A stretch of DNA of 64,000 bases from Gemmatimonadaceae bacterium (lineage in GTDB: Bacteria > Gemmatimonadota > Gemmatimonadetes > Gemmatimonadales > Gemmatimonadaceae): contig JBHYGA010000004.1 in assembly GCA_051859245.1 (NCBI GenBank), forward strand, positions 256,001-320,000, in the 5' to 3' direction. Of this stretch, positions 8,917 through 19,491 are shown one piece after another (positions within the stretch are counted from its first letter, which is position 1; every line of letters begins with the position of its first letter). The translations under genes and the position numbers were made by a program. The notes below the pieces were generated by a model, which saw only the letters and a program-made list of their open reading frames with translations, did not search any database and was not told the DNA's origin.

Positions 8917-11493
8917 TCACTGATTGCGACGCGCCTCGTCGCGCGTCGCCCGCGCTTCCCACTTTGCCGCTTCAGTGGGTTTCCCCCACGCGGTATAGAG
9001 CTCACGCAAACGGCGCCACACATCCTGCACCGGCTCCACACTGTGAGGCAACTCGGCGGCAAGTTGTTGTTCTGCCGGGATCAGCAACGCCTCCGCCTCG
9101 GCGTATTTGCCAGCAGCCGTCAGCACTTCGGCGAGTGAACTGTTCGTCGACGCCAGCAACCAATGCCCCTTGGGCAAAATTGCCGAGCGCAATCGATGCG
9201 CTTCACGCACCCAGCGCTCACCCACCGTTGCGGAGTCAAGTCGCGCCAGCGCCATACCCAAATGCATCATGCTCGATGCAAGTGCGATGTTCGAATCATC
9301 AAGCGTTTTTCCGCGCAGCGCGACCACGCGACGTGTCCACTGCGTGGATTCCGCGTAGCGACCTCGACGCCGCAAGTGGTCGCCAAGGTTGAGCATCGTC
9401 ATTGCCAGATTCGGGTGCTCCGGTCCGAGTACGCGTTCGCGAATACTGATCACTTCGCGAAACGCTGCTTCTGCGGAATCCATTTGCCCAAGACGCTCCA
9501 GCACGCCTGCGCGTACGGTCAGAATCATGGCCAACGCCGCCTCGTCATCTGGGGCAACGCGCCGCTGCAACTTGAGCGCCGACGCGAGCAGCGTATCGCC
9601 CGCAGTGTGGTCCCCCATGTCGCTGGCGACAACTGCGGCTGAGACAAACGTGGGCACAGCGGCCACCGCGTCGTCTGGAAAGTGCTCGCGGTGCAGCGCC
9701 AGTGATTCGTACAATAGCGGCAGTGCGTCGGCGTTATTGCCGAGACGGTTGAGTGTCTGCGCTCGCGTATCGAGTAGCGTCGAACGCGCCAGCGGGGTCA
9801 CATCGCGCAGTACGCGCTGCATGGAATCCGCAATGCGAAGCACGGAATCAGCCGCGGGGTAGTTGCCCTGCTCCCAGCGCGCGATGCCAATGTCAACAAT
9901 CGTGCTGGCATGGCTCAGCGTTCCGCGAAGATTCGCGCGTTCATTCGCCGCCAGGCTGCGCACATACTGCGTGTCCGCTTCCGTGTATTCGCCCAGCGCA
10001 AGATACGTGTCGCCCATGATCGATCGCAGTTCGGCTTCAAGCGCCGGCGACAACCGCGCATCGTTGAGCCGAAATGCCGCCGAATCCAGCACGTCGCGTA
10101 CCCGCGCATCGGCGCCCAGCACGCCGGGCTTGGCCGCACCGAGCATTTCGGTCAGGAACGCCTGCACTTCGGTCGCGCGTGCCGCTTCGCTGCTCGCACG
10201 TGACGCTTGTCGCATGGCGGCCGCAGTGCCGGCGACCAACGACAGTACCGCGACTGACGCGGCGAGCAGTTCAACACGGCGGCGACGCACAAATTTTCCA
10301 ATGCGATAGCCCGCACTGTCAGGTCGCGCGATAACCGGACGACCCGCCAAGTGACGCGTGATGTCGTCCATGAGCGCGTCCACCGAACCGTACCGTCGAT
10401 CCGGTTCCTTGCGTAGCGCCATGCCGACAATCGCGTCCAGATCACCGGCGAGCGTGCGCTTGGCGCGATCAAGTGATCGTTCACCGAGCAATACACTGTG
10501 CGACACCGCCAACTCGGCGCTCGGCCGCGGCGTTGGTGTTTCCGTGACCACACGTTCCATCGCACTCGCCGAAAGACCAGCGAGTGAGAAAGGCCGGCGC
10601 CCGGTTAACAGTTCGTACAGCAAAACGCCGAGTGCGTACACGTCGGCCGTTGTGGTGACCGGCTCACCGCGCATTTGCTCGGGAGCCGCGTACTCTGGTG
10701 TGAACGCGCGCGCGCCAAGCGCGGTGTGCTGCGATTCACTGCCATCATCGTCCAGCAACTTGGCAATGCCAAAGTCTACGAGTTTCACCGCCCCGTCTTC
10801 GCGCACCAGAATGTTGCTGGGCTTGAGATCACGGTGCACAATCAGGCGGCGATGTGCAGCGCGCACTGCATCACAGACGTCAAGGAACAGACGCAGTCGT
10901 GCGTCGACATCCAGCTTGCGCTCGTCGCACCATGCAGTGATTGGCGAGCCGTCAATGTACTCCATGACGAAGTACGGCTGACCGTCTGGCGTGACGCCAC
11001 CGTCGAGCAACGCCGCAATGCGCGGATGTTGCAGTGAGGCAAGAATCTGTCGCTCGCTGCGGAACCGTCGCGCCGCGTCGTCGCTATCGGTGATGCGACG
11101 GAGAAACTTGACGGCGACACGTTGCTGATACTGATCGTCGGCGCGTACCGCTTCGTGCACCGTGCCCATGCCACCGGCACCAATGCGGCGTCCAATGGCC
11201 CACGGGCCCAAATGCAAACCTTCGCGCTCTGCATCTTTGGAAGCGAACGCGTCTGCATGATCACGTGGTGTAATCGCCTCAAGCGCCAGCGCGCCGAGCG
11301 AGCGGTCACTGTCATGTGCAGCGAGCAACGCGCGCAACTCATGCGCCAGCGCGGGATCGCGCAATGCAGCATCAGAAAGAATGGATTCACGCTTATGCGA
11401 GGGCGCGTGTACCGCCGCATCAAACATTTGTTCGAGTTCCGCAAAACGCGCCGCGGTGCCCGAATCGTCGGGTGGCAACGCGCCGGTGCTCAC
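8917..11493 (-). CDS. Membrane Hanks-type Ser/Thr kinase with C-terminal TPR-like repeats
   Basis: GAGGMG, VAVK, HRDLKPSN, DFGIAK, TPEYAAPE, DVYALG; one TM; LGPEHP-type helical repeats; GTG start overlaps the ECF stop (GTGA). Confidence 0.93.
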   Translation of the reverse strand: MSTGALPPDDSGTAARFAELEQMFDAAVHAPSHKRESILSDAALRDPALAHELRALLAAHDSDRSLGALALEAITPRDHADAFASKDAEREGLHLGPWAIGRRIGAGGMGTVHEAVRADDQYQQRVAVKFLRRITDSDDAARRFRSERQILASLQHPRIAALLDGGVTPDGQPYFVMEYIDGSPITAWCDERKLDVDARLRLFLDVCDAVRAAHRRLIVHRDLKPSNILVREDGAVKLVDFGIAKLLDDDGSESQHTALGARAFTPEYAAPEQMRGEPVTTTADVYALGVLLYELLTGRRPFSLAGLSASAMERVVTETPTPRPSAELAVSHSVLLGERSLDRAKRTLAGDLDAIVGMALRKEPDRRYGSVDALMDDITRHLAGRPVIARPDSAGYRIGKFVRRRRVELLAASVAVLSLVAGTAAAMRQASRASSEAARATEVQAFLTEMLGAAKPGVLGADARVRDVLDSAAFRLNDARLSPALEAELRSIMGDTYLALGEYTEADTQYVRSLAANERANLRGTLSHASTIVDIGIARWEQGNYPAADSVLRIADSMQRVLRDVTPLARSTLLDTRAQTLNRLGNNADALPLLYESLALHREHFPDDAVAAVPTFVSAAVVASDMGDHTAGDTLLASALKLQRRVAPDDEAALAMILTVRAGVLERLGQMDSAEAAFREVISIRERVLGPEHPNLAMTMLNLGDHLRRRGRYAESTQWTRRVVALRGKTLDDSNIALASSMMHLGMALARLDSATVGERWVREAHRLRSAILPKGHWLLASTNSSLAEVLTAAGKYAEAEALLIPAEQQLAAELPHSVEPVQDVWRRLRELYTAWGKPTEAAKWEARATRDEARRNQ

Positions 11494-12080
11494 GCGCCAG
11501 CCGTTGCCATGGACGATGAATCGCCATCCAGTGCACGCAGGAGAAATGCGCGCGCGAACGTCCAATCGCGTTTCACCGTGGCCGGCGACGAAACCATGGC
11601 TTCCGCCGTTTCTTCAATGGAGAGTCCGCCGAAGAACCGCAGTTCGACAACGCGTGCTTGCCGCGGTGCGAGGCGTTCCAGATCGGACAAGGCGTCATCC
11701 AACGCAATCAGATCAATCGACGTTCCTTCTGAGCCCACCAGTGCTTCGTCGAGGGTGACACGCACTCCGTAGTCGCGTTTGACCCGACGTCGCTTGCGCG
11801 CGTGATCCACGAGCAGACGCCGAATGGTTTGCGACGCAATCGCAAAGAAATGTGCGCGATTCTGCCACGACATGCGGTTGACGCCGATGAGCTGCATGAA
11901 CGCTTCGTCCACCAGCTCGGTGGGCTGGAGTGTATGCCCCGCCGTTTCGCGACGCATCGCGAGTTCCGCGATGCGATGCAGTTCGTCGAGCACAAGCTGT
12001 GCCACGCGGTCCGCCGCGCCAGGGGTTCCGCGCTGCAGCTCCGCAAGCGCCGAGGTGATGTCTCCGGTAGGGCCGGTCAT
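11490..12080 (-). CDS. ECF sigma factor of the kinase-associated (TIGR02999-like) type
   Basis: HTLQPTELVDEA, WQNRAHFFAIAS, LVDHAR, VVELRFFGGLS, TVKRDWTFARAFL; start set to ATG 12080. Confidence 0.92.
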   Translation of the reverse strand: MTGPTGDITSALAELQRGTPGAADRVAQLVLDELHRIAELAMRRETAGHTLQPTELVDEAFMQLIGVNRMSWQNRAHFFAIASQTIRRLLVDHARKRRRVKRDYGVRVTLDEALVGSEGTSIDLIALDDALSDLERLAPRQARVVELRFFGGLSIEETAEAMVSSPATVKRDWTFARAFLLRALDGDSSSMATAGA

Positions 12081-12148
12081 AGCCGCTACGCTAGCGCTCG
12101 ACACACACTGCCCGCAAGCAGCATGTGCCGAGCTCTGGCGTAACAGCA

Positions 12149-15100
12149 TTACCGCCGGATCATCGCCCCAACCCGTGGTGCGGCCGGCGGCTGGCCACCG
12201 AACTCGAACGCTCCGATATCACACGCGGCGATGCGCGTGAATCCGCGCTGATCACTCACCGGGCAGCTGGCCGCCACACCAGCGTTGATCGCGGCGCTCC
12301 CTTCAAGCAGCGCGTGCGTGAACGACGGCCCGCCGTTGTTTGCCAGTGTCGTGTTGATCCCGGGCGGCGTGTTGGGTTTGTCAGACGCGACCGTAAAGCG
12401 TGTGCACGTGGCGTCGCTCGACAGATTGCCGCCGCCTGATGTGATCAGACTTGTGCCGCCGCTTCCGCAATCTCCGGGATTGCTGCCAACGAGATTGCCA
12501 GCCAACAAGACGTTGGTGACTGTGAGCGCTCCAGCGTTGTTGGTGCCAATACCGGCTCCGTAGTCAAACGCTTTGTTCGCGACGAACGTGGAGTTCACGA
12601 TAGTGCCGGGACCAGTGGCGGCGATTCCACCACCGGTGAGCGCCTCGTTGGCCGAGAAAGTGCTGTTGCGAACCGTGAGATTTCCGGTGGTGGCGGTGAA
12701 CAGCCCCCCGCCAATCGCGCCGGTCGTATTTCGCGCGAAGGTGCTCTCTTCCACGAGCGTAGGCACACCTGCGGTCATGCCGCCACCGCTCGCTGCGATC
12801 GCCTTGTTTCCGCTCACCGTGACACGTCGCAAGGTAGCGGCGGCGCCCGGCCCAACGAGTTGCACGCCACCGCCCTGCGTGCCGGCTTCGTTGTCGAGTA
12901 CCTGCGTACCCGCCATGCTGAATACCGACTGTCCGGCCTTCCAAACGCCGCCGCCAACCGTGTTGGAGCGATTGCGCCGAATCTGGCCGCCTTCAAGTGT
13001 GACCGTCATCGTTCCGTTGAATCCGTACGCGCCACCGGAGTTCGACACGTTGTCGTCGGCGATCACGTTGCGCAGCGTGTACGTGCCGCCGGTAAGTGCG
13101 AGAATCGCACCTCCGCCCTGCGTGGCGCGGTTCTCCACAAACGTCGAGCTATCAGCGACCAGCGTCACGTTCTCCATATAGGCGCCACCGCCGCCGCCCG
13201 TCGAGGCGAGATTCTCCGCAATGCGCACGCCCTTGAGCTGAACGCTCGGGCCGTTGAGAAAGAGCGCGCCTCCACCCAGAGCCTGATTCCGCTCGATCAC
13301 AACATTGGTCAGTGCGAGCGTTTGCGCGCCGCTCTGGAAAATCGCGCCGCCAAAAGCCGCGGAACGGTTTCCACCGATTGACCCGCCGGTGACGGAAAGT
13401 TCGGCCGTATTGCCGCCCCAGATCGCTCCGCCGGAGCCAGAGGTACCGTTCGCACGATTGTTGTCCACGTTCACGTTGGTGAGCGTTGCCTTGGCCGTCT
13501 GCTGCAAATACAAACCGCCACCACCCGTCAGGTTCGCAATGTTCTCGCGAATGCTCCCGCCCTGCTGCGAATACTCGCCCGTGCCATAGACGAGCGCTCC
13601 ACCGGCACGGTTGGCGGCCGTGTTCGCAATCAGATCCGAATTCACCAACATCGCGCGCGAGCTAGCGATTTCGAGCCCCGCTGCAGACGACGCGCTGTTA
13701 GCGCGGATGGTCGTGCCCGTGATGGTCGCGAGGGCGCCACCGCGAACACTGACAGCACCGGCCGAAACGATCGCGCTGTTACCCTGAATCGTCGCGTTCA
13801 CCAGTGAAAGCGTGGCGGTGGCGCCATCTACGAACATCGCGCCACCAATACCAAGCTGCGGACTCGTTGCGCGATTGTCAGTGACCGAGGTGCTGTCGAG
13901 CACAAGTGAAGCGTTGAAAACGCGAACGCCGCCGCCTACGGAGCCACTCGCGACATTCTCGGCAATACGTCCGCCGAGCAGCGTCACCAACGTACCCTCT
14001 TCCAGCGACAATCCCGCGCCCGCTCCGGACGCGCCATTGGTACGATTGTTGGTGATCTCAACGTTCACAAATGTGCCACGCGCCGCGCGCGCCACGAGTA
14101 CCCCGCCGCCCGGGACGTTATCCGATTGATTGTCTGTCACGCGCACATCACGAAGCGTGACATTGGCTTTGTTGTCAATCATCAATCCGCCGCCACCGAG
14201 CCGTCGTCCACCGCGCATTGTTACGCCGCGCACGGACGCCGAGAACTCACCGTCAATCACGAGCACGCCGCGGCGCGCTGCTTCCGTGCCAGCCGCGTTG
14301 ATGATGAGCGCATCGACGCCCGGTCCGACGAGATCGAGCGCGGCAGTCACGGACGGCAGCGCAGCACCGAGCGTGATTGTGGCTGGCGCTGCACCGCCAA
14401 CAATCACGATGGAGTCGCGATCTGGCGCCGTATTCGACGCAGCGAGCGCCTCTCGCAGCGTGCAATGTTGCAAGGTGCAGCTCCCATCATCGGTATCGTC
14501 GAGGGTTGCAACGCGCCAGACGTTGCGCACCGTAAGGGCACGTTCGCCTTGTTTGGCCGGATCACGTACGCTCGTCGCGCGAACCGTGCAGGTTCCTGGC
14601 GTACTTGGCGCGAGAAACTGTACCGTGGCGCCCGTACCGGTGATCGTGCCACAACTTGTGCTCCACGTGACCGAGAGATTGCTGGTCCCCGCGACCGCGG
14701 CAGTCAACGCGGTCTGTTCACCGCGGAACAGCGCGCTGCTCACCGCCGTCACGGCCACCGTGACCGGTGTGACGGTCACCGTCGCGGCGGCAGTGCGTGT
14801 TGGATCCAGCACACTGGTGGCCGTCACGGTATAACTGCCACCAGCCACCGGAGCAGCCCATCGCACACTGCTGCCGGTGCCAACAATTGTGCCCGCACTC
14901 GCCGTCCACGTCACCGCGTCATTCGTGGCGTTTGTCACCGCCGCCGCGAGCGACACGGTGTCACCCGCGCCTACGGTGCTCGTGGCCGGTGTCACCGCAA
15001 TGCTCACTGGCGTGACCGTCACCGTGGCGAACGCTGTGCGCGCCGCGTCGACCACACTCGTTGCCGTAATCGTGTAGCTGCCACCCGCACCGGGTGCGGT

Positions 15101-15415
15101 CCATGAGGCGCTTGTGCCGTTCGGCGTGATGGTGCCCGCACTCGAGCTCCACGTCACGCCAGTATTGGTCGCGTTCGTAACCGACGCCGTGAACTGCGCC
15201 GTCGCGCCCGCGTTCACGGTCGCGGTGGCAGGCGTGACGGTGACGCTGACCGGAGGCGGCGGTGGCTCCGTCGTGCCCGAGTCGCCGCCACAGGCGAAGA
15301 CACTCGACAGTGTGAGAAACGACAGCAGAACGACTGCACAGGACCGGCGAGACGGGCGCGTTGCGCGCCGTAGTCGCTGACCGGTCCTCAAGTCTGATGG
15401 TGAGAGGCGGGGCAT
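12149..15415 (-). CDS. Large surface lipoprotein: 3 Ig-like repeats, CSLREA-type motif, parallel beta-helix repeats, C-terminal choice-of-anchor-Q-like tail
   Basis: Lipobox VFAC; DDGSCTLQHCTLREAL; many N-x-A...GGG repeats; LANNGGPSFTHALLEGSAAINAG...DQRG...CDIGAFE. Start uncertain (15415 or 15505). Confidence 0.85.
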   Translation of the reverse strand: MPRLSPSDLRTGQRLRRATRPSRRSCAVVLLSFLTLSSVFACGGDSGTTEPPPPPVSVTVTPATATVNAGATAQFTASVTNATNTGVTWSSSAGTITPNGTSASWTAPGAGGSYTITATSVVDAARTAFATVTVTPVSIAVTPATSTVGAGDTVSLAAAVTNATNDAVTWTASAGTIVGTGSSVRWAAPVAGGSYTVTATSVLDPTRTAAATVTVTPVTVAVTAVSSALFRGEQTALTAAVAGTSNLSVTWSTSCGTITGTGATVQFLAPSTPGTCTVRATSVRDPAKQGERALTVRNVWRVATLDDTDDGSCTLQHCTLREALAASNTAPDRDSIVIVGGAAPATITLGAALPSVTAALDLVGPGVDALIINAAGTEAARRGVLVIDGEFSASVRGVTMRGGRRLGGGGLMIDNKANVTLRDVRVTDNQSDNVPGGGVLVARAARGTFVNVEITNNRTNGASGAGAGLSLEEGTLVTLLGGRIAENVASGSVGGGVRVFNASLVLDSTSVTDNRATSPQLGIGGAMFVDGATATLSLVNATIQGNSAIVSAGAVSVRGGALATITGTTIRANSASSAAGLEIASSRAMLVNSDLIANTAANRAGGALVYGTGEYSQQGGSIRENIANLTGGGGLYLQQTAKATLTNVNVDNNRANGTSGSGGAIWGGNTAELSVTGGSIGGNRSAAFGGAIFQSGAQTLALTNVVIERNQALGGGALFLNGPSVQLKGVRIAENLASTGGGGGAYMENVTLVADSSTFVENRATQGGGAILALTGGTYTLRNVIADDNVSNSGGAYGFNGTMTVTLEGGQIRRNRSNTVGGGVWKAGQSVFSMAGTQVLDNEAGTQGGGVQLVGPGAAATLRRVTVSGNKAIAASGGGMTAGVPTLVEESTFARNTTGAIGGGLFTATTGNLTVRNSTFSANEALTGGGIAATGPGTIVNSTFVANKAFDYGAGIGTNNAGALTVTNVLLAGNLVGSNPGDCGSGGTSLITSGGGNLSSDATCTRFTVASDKPNTPPGINTTLANNGGPSFTHALLEGSAAINAGVAASCPVSDQRGFTRIAACDIGAFEFGGQPPAAPRVGAMIRR
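14522..15250 (-). repeat. Three tandem ~81-aa Ig-like coding repeats
   Basis: Unit V-x-V-T-P...VTW...GTI...AP...YTVTATSV-x-D...ATVTV occurs three times, the third more diverged; boundaries approximate. Confidence 0.85.
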
Positions 15416-15501
15416 GGCGAGGAGCTCCATCGCGGAGTGGAAGGACACCCACTGAACGCGGGTGGTGGTCTCACTTACGCGCCGTCCCCGACCAAACTGG
15501 C

Positions 15502-16455
15502 TCACTGCACCGGTGCCAGACCCTCATTGTTGAAGAATCGCACCAGCGTACGGGCCGCCTCTCTCGGACGTTCCCAATGCGGCGAGTGACCCGTTGAGTC
15601 GAACTGCACCAATGGTGCGCGGTACAGCCGCACAAGCTCTGTCTGCTCGGAACGCGGCATGAACGCATCCTTCGCGCCCCACATGACCATGGTACGCACC
15701 GTGCTCCGCACGGGCGGACCTGAATCGGTCATCATGCCCCGCATCAACCCCTTCCACACGTGCAGTGGCAACTTGAGACTCGCCTGGACCGTGGAATCAA
15801 GAAATGCCTGAGGAACCGGTACATGCACGGAACTCTCTTGAAAGCCGCGAGCGAACGCGTCGGACACTGGTGCATTCTCGTCCGTGAACTCTGCCACTGC
15901 GCCCGCGAGTTCGCCCAAACCCGCAACGTATGCACCGCCTCGCAGAGCACCAATCAGCCCGAGCGATTGCACGCGATTAGCCCGCTGCGCGGCAAGATGC
16001 TGTGCGACCGCAGAACCCATCGAATGTCCAACTACGTGCACTCGCGTCAGTTGCAGGGAATCGAACACCGCCGCCACATCGCTGGCCAGCGTGCGCATGC
16101 TGTAGTCACCCACTGGTTTGCTCGACTCACCGTGTCCGCGCATATCGATGGTGATCAATCGAAAGTCGCCCGGGAGGAACTCGACGACACGGTTGAATGA
16201 TGACCACGAATCCGACAATCCGTGCAACATGACCACGGGCGTGCCATTCGGGTTGCCGCGTTCAACCACATGCAGCCCCACATCGGATGACACCTGTATG
16301 TGGCGTGCCCGAATGCCGGTTGCCACTCCGGTATCGGCGGTCGTGTTCGCGAGCGCGATGTTGTCGCCGTTGGGACGGCTTACGGCACCGGCGGTGATGG
16401 CTGCGACGGCGCCAATCGCGGCGACTGAAAGAAGAAGCGTTTTACGTGCCAGCAT
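15502..16455 (-). CDS. Exported alpha/beta hydrolase
   Basis: Signal peptide; LHGLSDS, DMRGHG, GHSMG nucleophile, WGAKD, GHSPHWE. Confidence 0.9.
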   Translation of the reverse strand: MLARKTLLLSVAAIGAVAAITAGAVSRPNGDNIALANTTADTGVATGIRARHIQVSSDVGLHVVERGNPNGTPVVMLHGLSDSWSSFNRVVEFLPGDFRLITIDMRGHGESSKPVGDYSMRTLASDVAAVFDSLQLTRVHVVGHSMGSAVAQHLAAQRANRVQSLGLIGALRGGAYVAGLGELAGAVAEFTDENAPVSDAFARGFQESSVHVPVPQAFLDSTVQASLKLPLHVWKGLMRGMMTDSGPPVRSTVRTMVMWGAKDAFMPRSEQTELVRLYRAPLVQFDSTGHSPHWERPREAARTLVRFFNNEGLAPVQ

Positions 16456-16578
16456 TGGGAGCGTGGGCAGAGGAGTGCAGGCAGCGATGGTGCTGCTTGA
16501 CTCTTCATGCGCGGACTGTCTGCTCAGCACGACATCCCGCGAGAGACACCGCGCCTCGCTCCCGCGCAGGGTACGTCG

Positions 16579-18837
16579 CTAGCGCGCCACTGGCTGAAAA
16601 CGCGCCTGACCCGTTTGCCAGAGCAGGAATGACATGGTCTTCGCCGCCCACTCCGGCGACAGATAGAATAACTCGGCGTGTCCGCCCGGCGTTCGCGCCC
16701 AGACAATCGGACAATCACCGGTGTTCGCCGCTTGCAGCCGCGCCACAAACTTTCCCACCAGCATTTCGTTACCAAAGTTGTAGTCGTCCGACGCACTGTG
16801 CAGCAGCACCGCTGGCAACGTGATCCGCTCCGGTATCTGATAGTACGGTGACGACTTGAGCAGGCTGCGAATACCGGCTTCCGTTTCAAGATCACCGATT
16901 TCCGCAATGTTTCGCGCGGCGGTAGGATCGATCATGGAGCCACGAATCTCATCGGGCTGACCTACTTCGTAGAGCACCGCTCCGAGCAACTCCGGGCGCT
17001 GCGCGATCACCAGGCCGGGTATGTTGGCGCCGAAGGAAGTGCCTGTGATCACCACGCGTTTTGCCGACGTGTAGCGTTTGGCAATCAGCGCTTCAATCGC
17101 GCCGATCATGTCATCAATCGTGCGTTGTTTGTTCTCCCGCGTCGCGGCCTTGTGCCACGCATCCCCGCGTTCACCCCCGCCGCGTACGTGGGCGTAGGCA
17201 TAGACACCACCCTGCGACAGCCACGCCGTCACCTTCGGGTCAAATCGCGGGTCGGTGATTGTACCAAATCCGCCGTATGCTTCAATCAAGAGCGGCGCTG
17301 AACCGTCAAGCGTTGCCGTTGAACTGTCGTACACGATAGAAACAGGAACGAGCTCGCCGTCACGCGAAGGCGCTTCCAGCTGACTCGACACAACCTGTGC
17401 GCTCGATGTGGCCGAATAGCCGTCATCAATGCCGAGCGCGTTCACCTCGCCGTTTGACACGCGCAGCCAACGTGGTGTGGTGGCCCACGATTGCACGTTC
17501 AGCACGGCACCGGCCATCGTGGCGTTGCGTCGGAGCAGTGTAACGGTGCCCGATTCCGGCAGCGGCACCACGCGTGGGGACGTTTTTTCTGCCAACGCTC
17601 CCGGTGAAACCGCGGCGCCCACGTTTGTCGCCACGTGCAGCAGCGCAATCGCGCCTGCGTCGCGCTCCATGAAGTACAATCCGTCCGACTGCACGGAGAA
17701 TCCAGTGATCACACCGCGACGTTCGGCAATCACAGTTTCCCAGACAGTCGTGTCGGCTCCAGCGTCTCGTAACACGCGCCGCACAATCGAGCCGCGGTCT
17801 GCGTTTCGCCGCGAAATGGCGTACACCGTATCGCCGACCAACTGCGGAACACGAATCAAATCATCGAATGACGCAATGCGCGTCCACGTTAGCCCATTCG
17901 GCGCTGTATTGCGTGTCGCGTAATACTCCGTCCCGTTCTCGCGCGACCGAAAAATCGAGCCTACCATCCACTCCGTATTACTTCCGGTCAACACGCGTGT
18001 CGGCAGGTCAATCGGATCGAACGCGACCGATGAACTCACCCCGTATCCGAAAATCGGCACGTCGGCCGATTGCGGTGTGCCAATGCGATGCAGAAACTGA
18101 CGACCGCGCGCCAGTCGCTCGGCAGGCGGACCGTTCGCACTGCCCGGCCACTGCCTCGGATAAATGAAGCCGCTGTTATCGGGCAGCCACGTCACTTCAT
18201 AACGCGTGCCGCTGGTCGTCGTCAGCAGGTCGGGAATGTTGTCAGCCATCAGTGCGCCCGAGGCCGCATCGACCACGCTCAACGCTGCATTGGCATCACC
18301 ACGTTCCGTTGTGCCGAGCACGACAAAGCGCCCGTCCCACGACGGCGTAGACGCCCGCAGCGACGCACCGTTCCTCGCACTCGCCAGCGCCGAATCGGTA
18401 AGCAACGGGCGTTCAGTCGTTGTGCCGTTGTCGAGCGCAAACAGCGAAGGGTTCTCGCCGAACCATCGTTCGACAATCAGACGCGATGGCGTTTCGTGAA
18501 CATCACCGAGTGTTGGCAAGTCACTCATGCCCTGTTTGACGCGCGCTTCGAGGGAGTCTCTCCCCACGAGCCGCGCCATCACGGAATCAGTGTAGTGCTT
18601 CTGCGCCGTCAGCCATGCGCGCACGTCGGCATTGGTGGTGTCTTCCATCCAGCGCAGCGGATCGACTACCGGCACGCCGTGCATCGTATCCACGACAGGC
18701 ACAAATGGCACCGTCGCGGGCGGCGTGATCCCCGCGGGAACGACCGACATCTCAGCATCTGCAGGCGCACTCTCGTTGCACGCATTCATCAGCACTGCGC
18801 AGAGGCCGATCACACTCACATGAGTTGCGAGACGCAT
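16579..18837 (-). CDS. S9A prolyl-oligopeptidase-family lipoprotein
   Basis: Lipobox-like MNAC; DPLRWMED, AYGGF, VRGGGERG, GTSFGA (Ser), ASDD (Asp), GGH (His). Confidence 0.88.
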   Translation of the reverse strand: MRLATHVSVIGLCAVLMNACNESAPADAEMSVVPAGITPPATVPFVPVVDTMHGVPVVDPLRWMEDTTNADVRAWLTAQKHYTDSVMARLVGRDSLEARVKQGMSDLPTLGDVHETPSRLIVERWFGENPSLFALDNGTTTERPLLTDSALASARNGASLRASTPSWDGRFVVLGTTERGDANAALSVVDAASGALMADNIPDLLTTTSGTRYEVTWLPDNSGFIYPRQWPGSANGPPAERLARGRQFLHRIGTPQSADVPIFGYGVSSSVAFDPIDLPTRVLTGSNTEWMVGSIFRSRENGTEYYATRNTAPNGLTWTRIASFDDLIRVPQLVGDTVYAISRRNADRGSIVRRVLRDAGADTTVWETVIAERRGVITGFSVQSDGLYFMERDAGAIALLHVATNVGAAVSPGALAEKTSPRVVPLPESGTVTLLRRNATMAGAVLNVQSWATTPRWLRVSNGEVNALGIDDGYSATSSAQVVSSQLEAPSRDGELVPVSIVYDSSTATLDGSAPLLIEAYGGFGTITDPRFDPKVTAWLSQGGVYAYAHVRGGGERGDAWHKAATRENKQRTIDDMIGAIEALIAKRYTSAKRVVITGTSFGANIPGLVIAQRPELLGAVLYEVGQPDEIRGSMIDPTAARNIAEIGDLETEAGIRSLLKSSPYYQIPERITLPAVLLHSASDDYNFGNEMLVGKFVARLQAANTGDCPIVWARTPGGHAELFYLSPEWAAKTMSFLLWQTGQARFQPVAR

Positions 18838-19077
18838 TGATCACACTCTCATCAGGGTTAACACTGCAGCGGCACTGGAGCGAGCGGGAAACGGCGAAGG
18901 TCAAGCGTTACGTTTCGTACGCACAAGGAAGGTGACGTGCATCACACGACAATGCGCTTTCGCCGTTGCGCCCGCCATAGGGCAAGTCGCAGTTTGGGAT
19001 GGCGCGGCCAAGATGCCGCCGCTTACGAATGCGCGTGAACGCCGCGCGTTCGGCTCCCCCAGACAGGACGTACTTCC

Positions 19078-19482
19078 ATGGGACTGTTCAGCAAGATTCT
19101 CTCGAAGCTTGGCATCGGCGACGACAAAACGACCGCGCCCGCCGCCGCAGCGCCCGCCGCCGCAGCGCCTGCCGCTGCCCCCGTGCCAGGACGCACGACA
19201 CCAGATCCGTCCGTCGCGATTCGGGTCGTCAATGTTGAAGAGAAGCTCGAAGCAATGGCCAAGGCCAATCCACAGGAGCTCAACTGGCGCACATCCATCG
19301 TGGACCTGCTCAAGCTGCTCGATCTCGATAGCAGCTTTGCGGCACGCAAGGAGTTGGCGGTTGAACTCGATTGCCCGGATGAACTCATGAAAGATTCCGC
19401 GAGCATGAATATCTGGTTGCACAAGCAGGTGCTGTCGAAAATCGCGGCCAATGGTGGCTACATCCCGCACGATCTGTACTGA
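19078..19482 (+). CDS. DUF3597-like protein
   Basis: MGLFSKIL, (APAAA)n linker, LNWRTSIVDLLKLLDLDSS..ARKELA, DSASMNIWLHKQV..K.AANGG. Confidence 0.88.
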   Translation: MGLFSKILSKLGIGDDKTTAPAAAAPAAAAPAAAPVPGRTTPDPSVAIRVVNVEEKLEAMAKANPQELNWRTSIVDLLKLLDLDSSFAARKELAVELDCPDELMKDSASMNIWLHKQVLSKIAANGGYIPHDLY

Positions 19483-19491
19483 ACGATTGCA

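Noticed and set aside
19135..19180. 15-bp tandem repeat (APAAA) and a 9-bp repeat near 311-332
   Set aside because: In-frame linker repeats; no frameshift potential.
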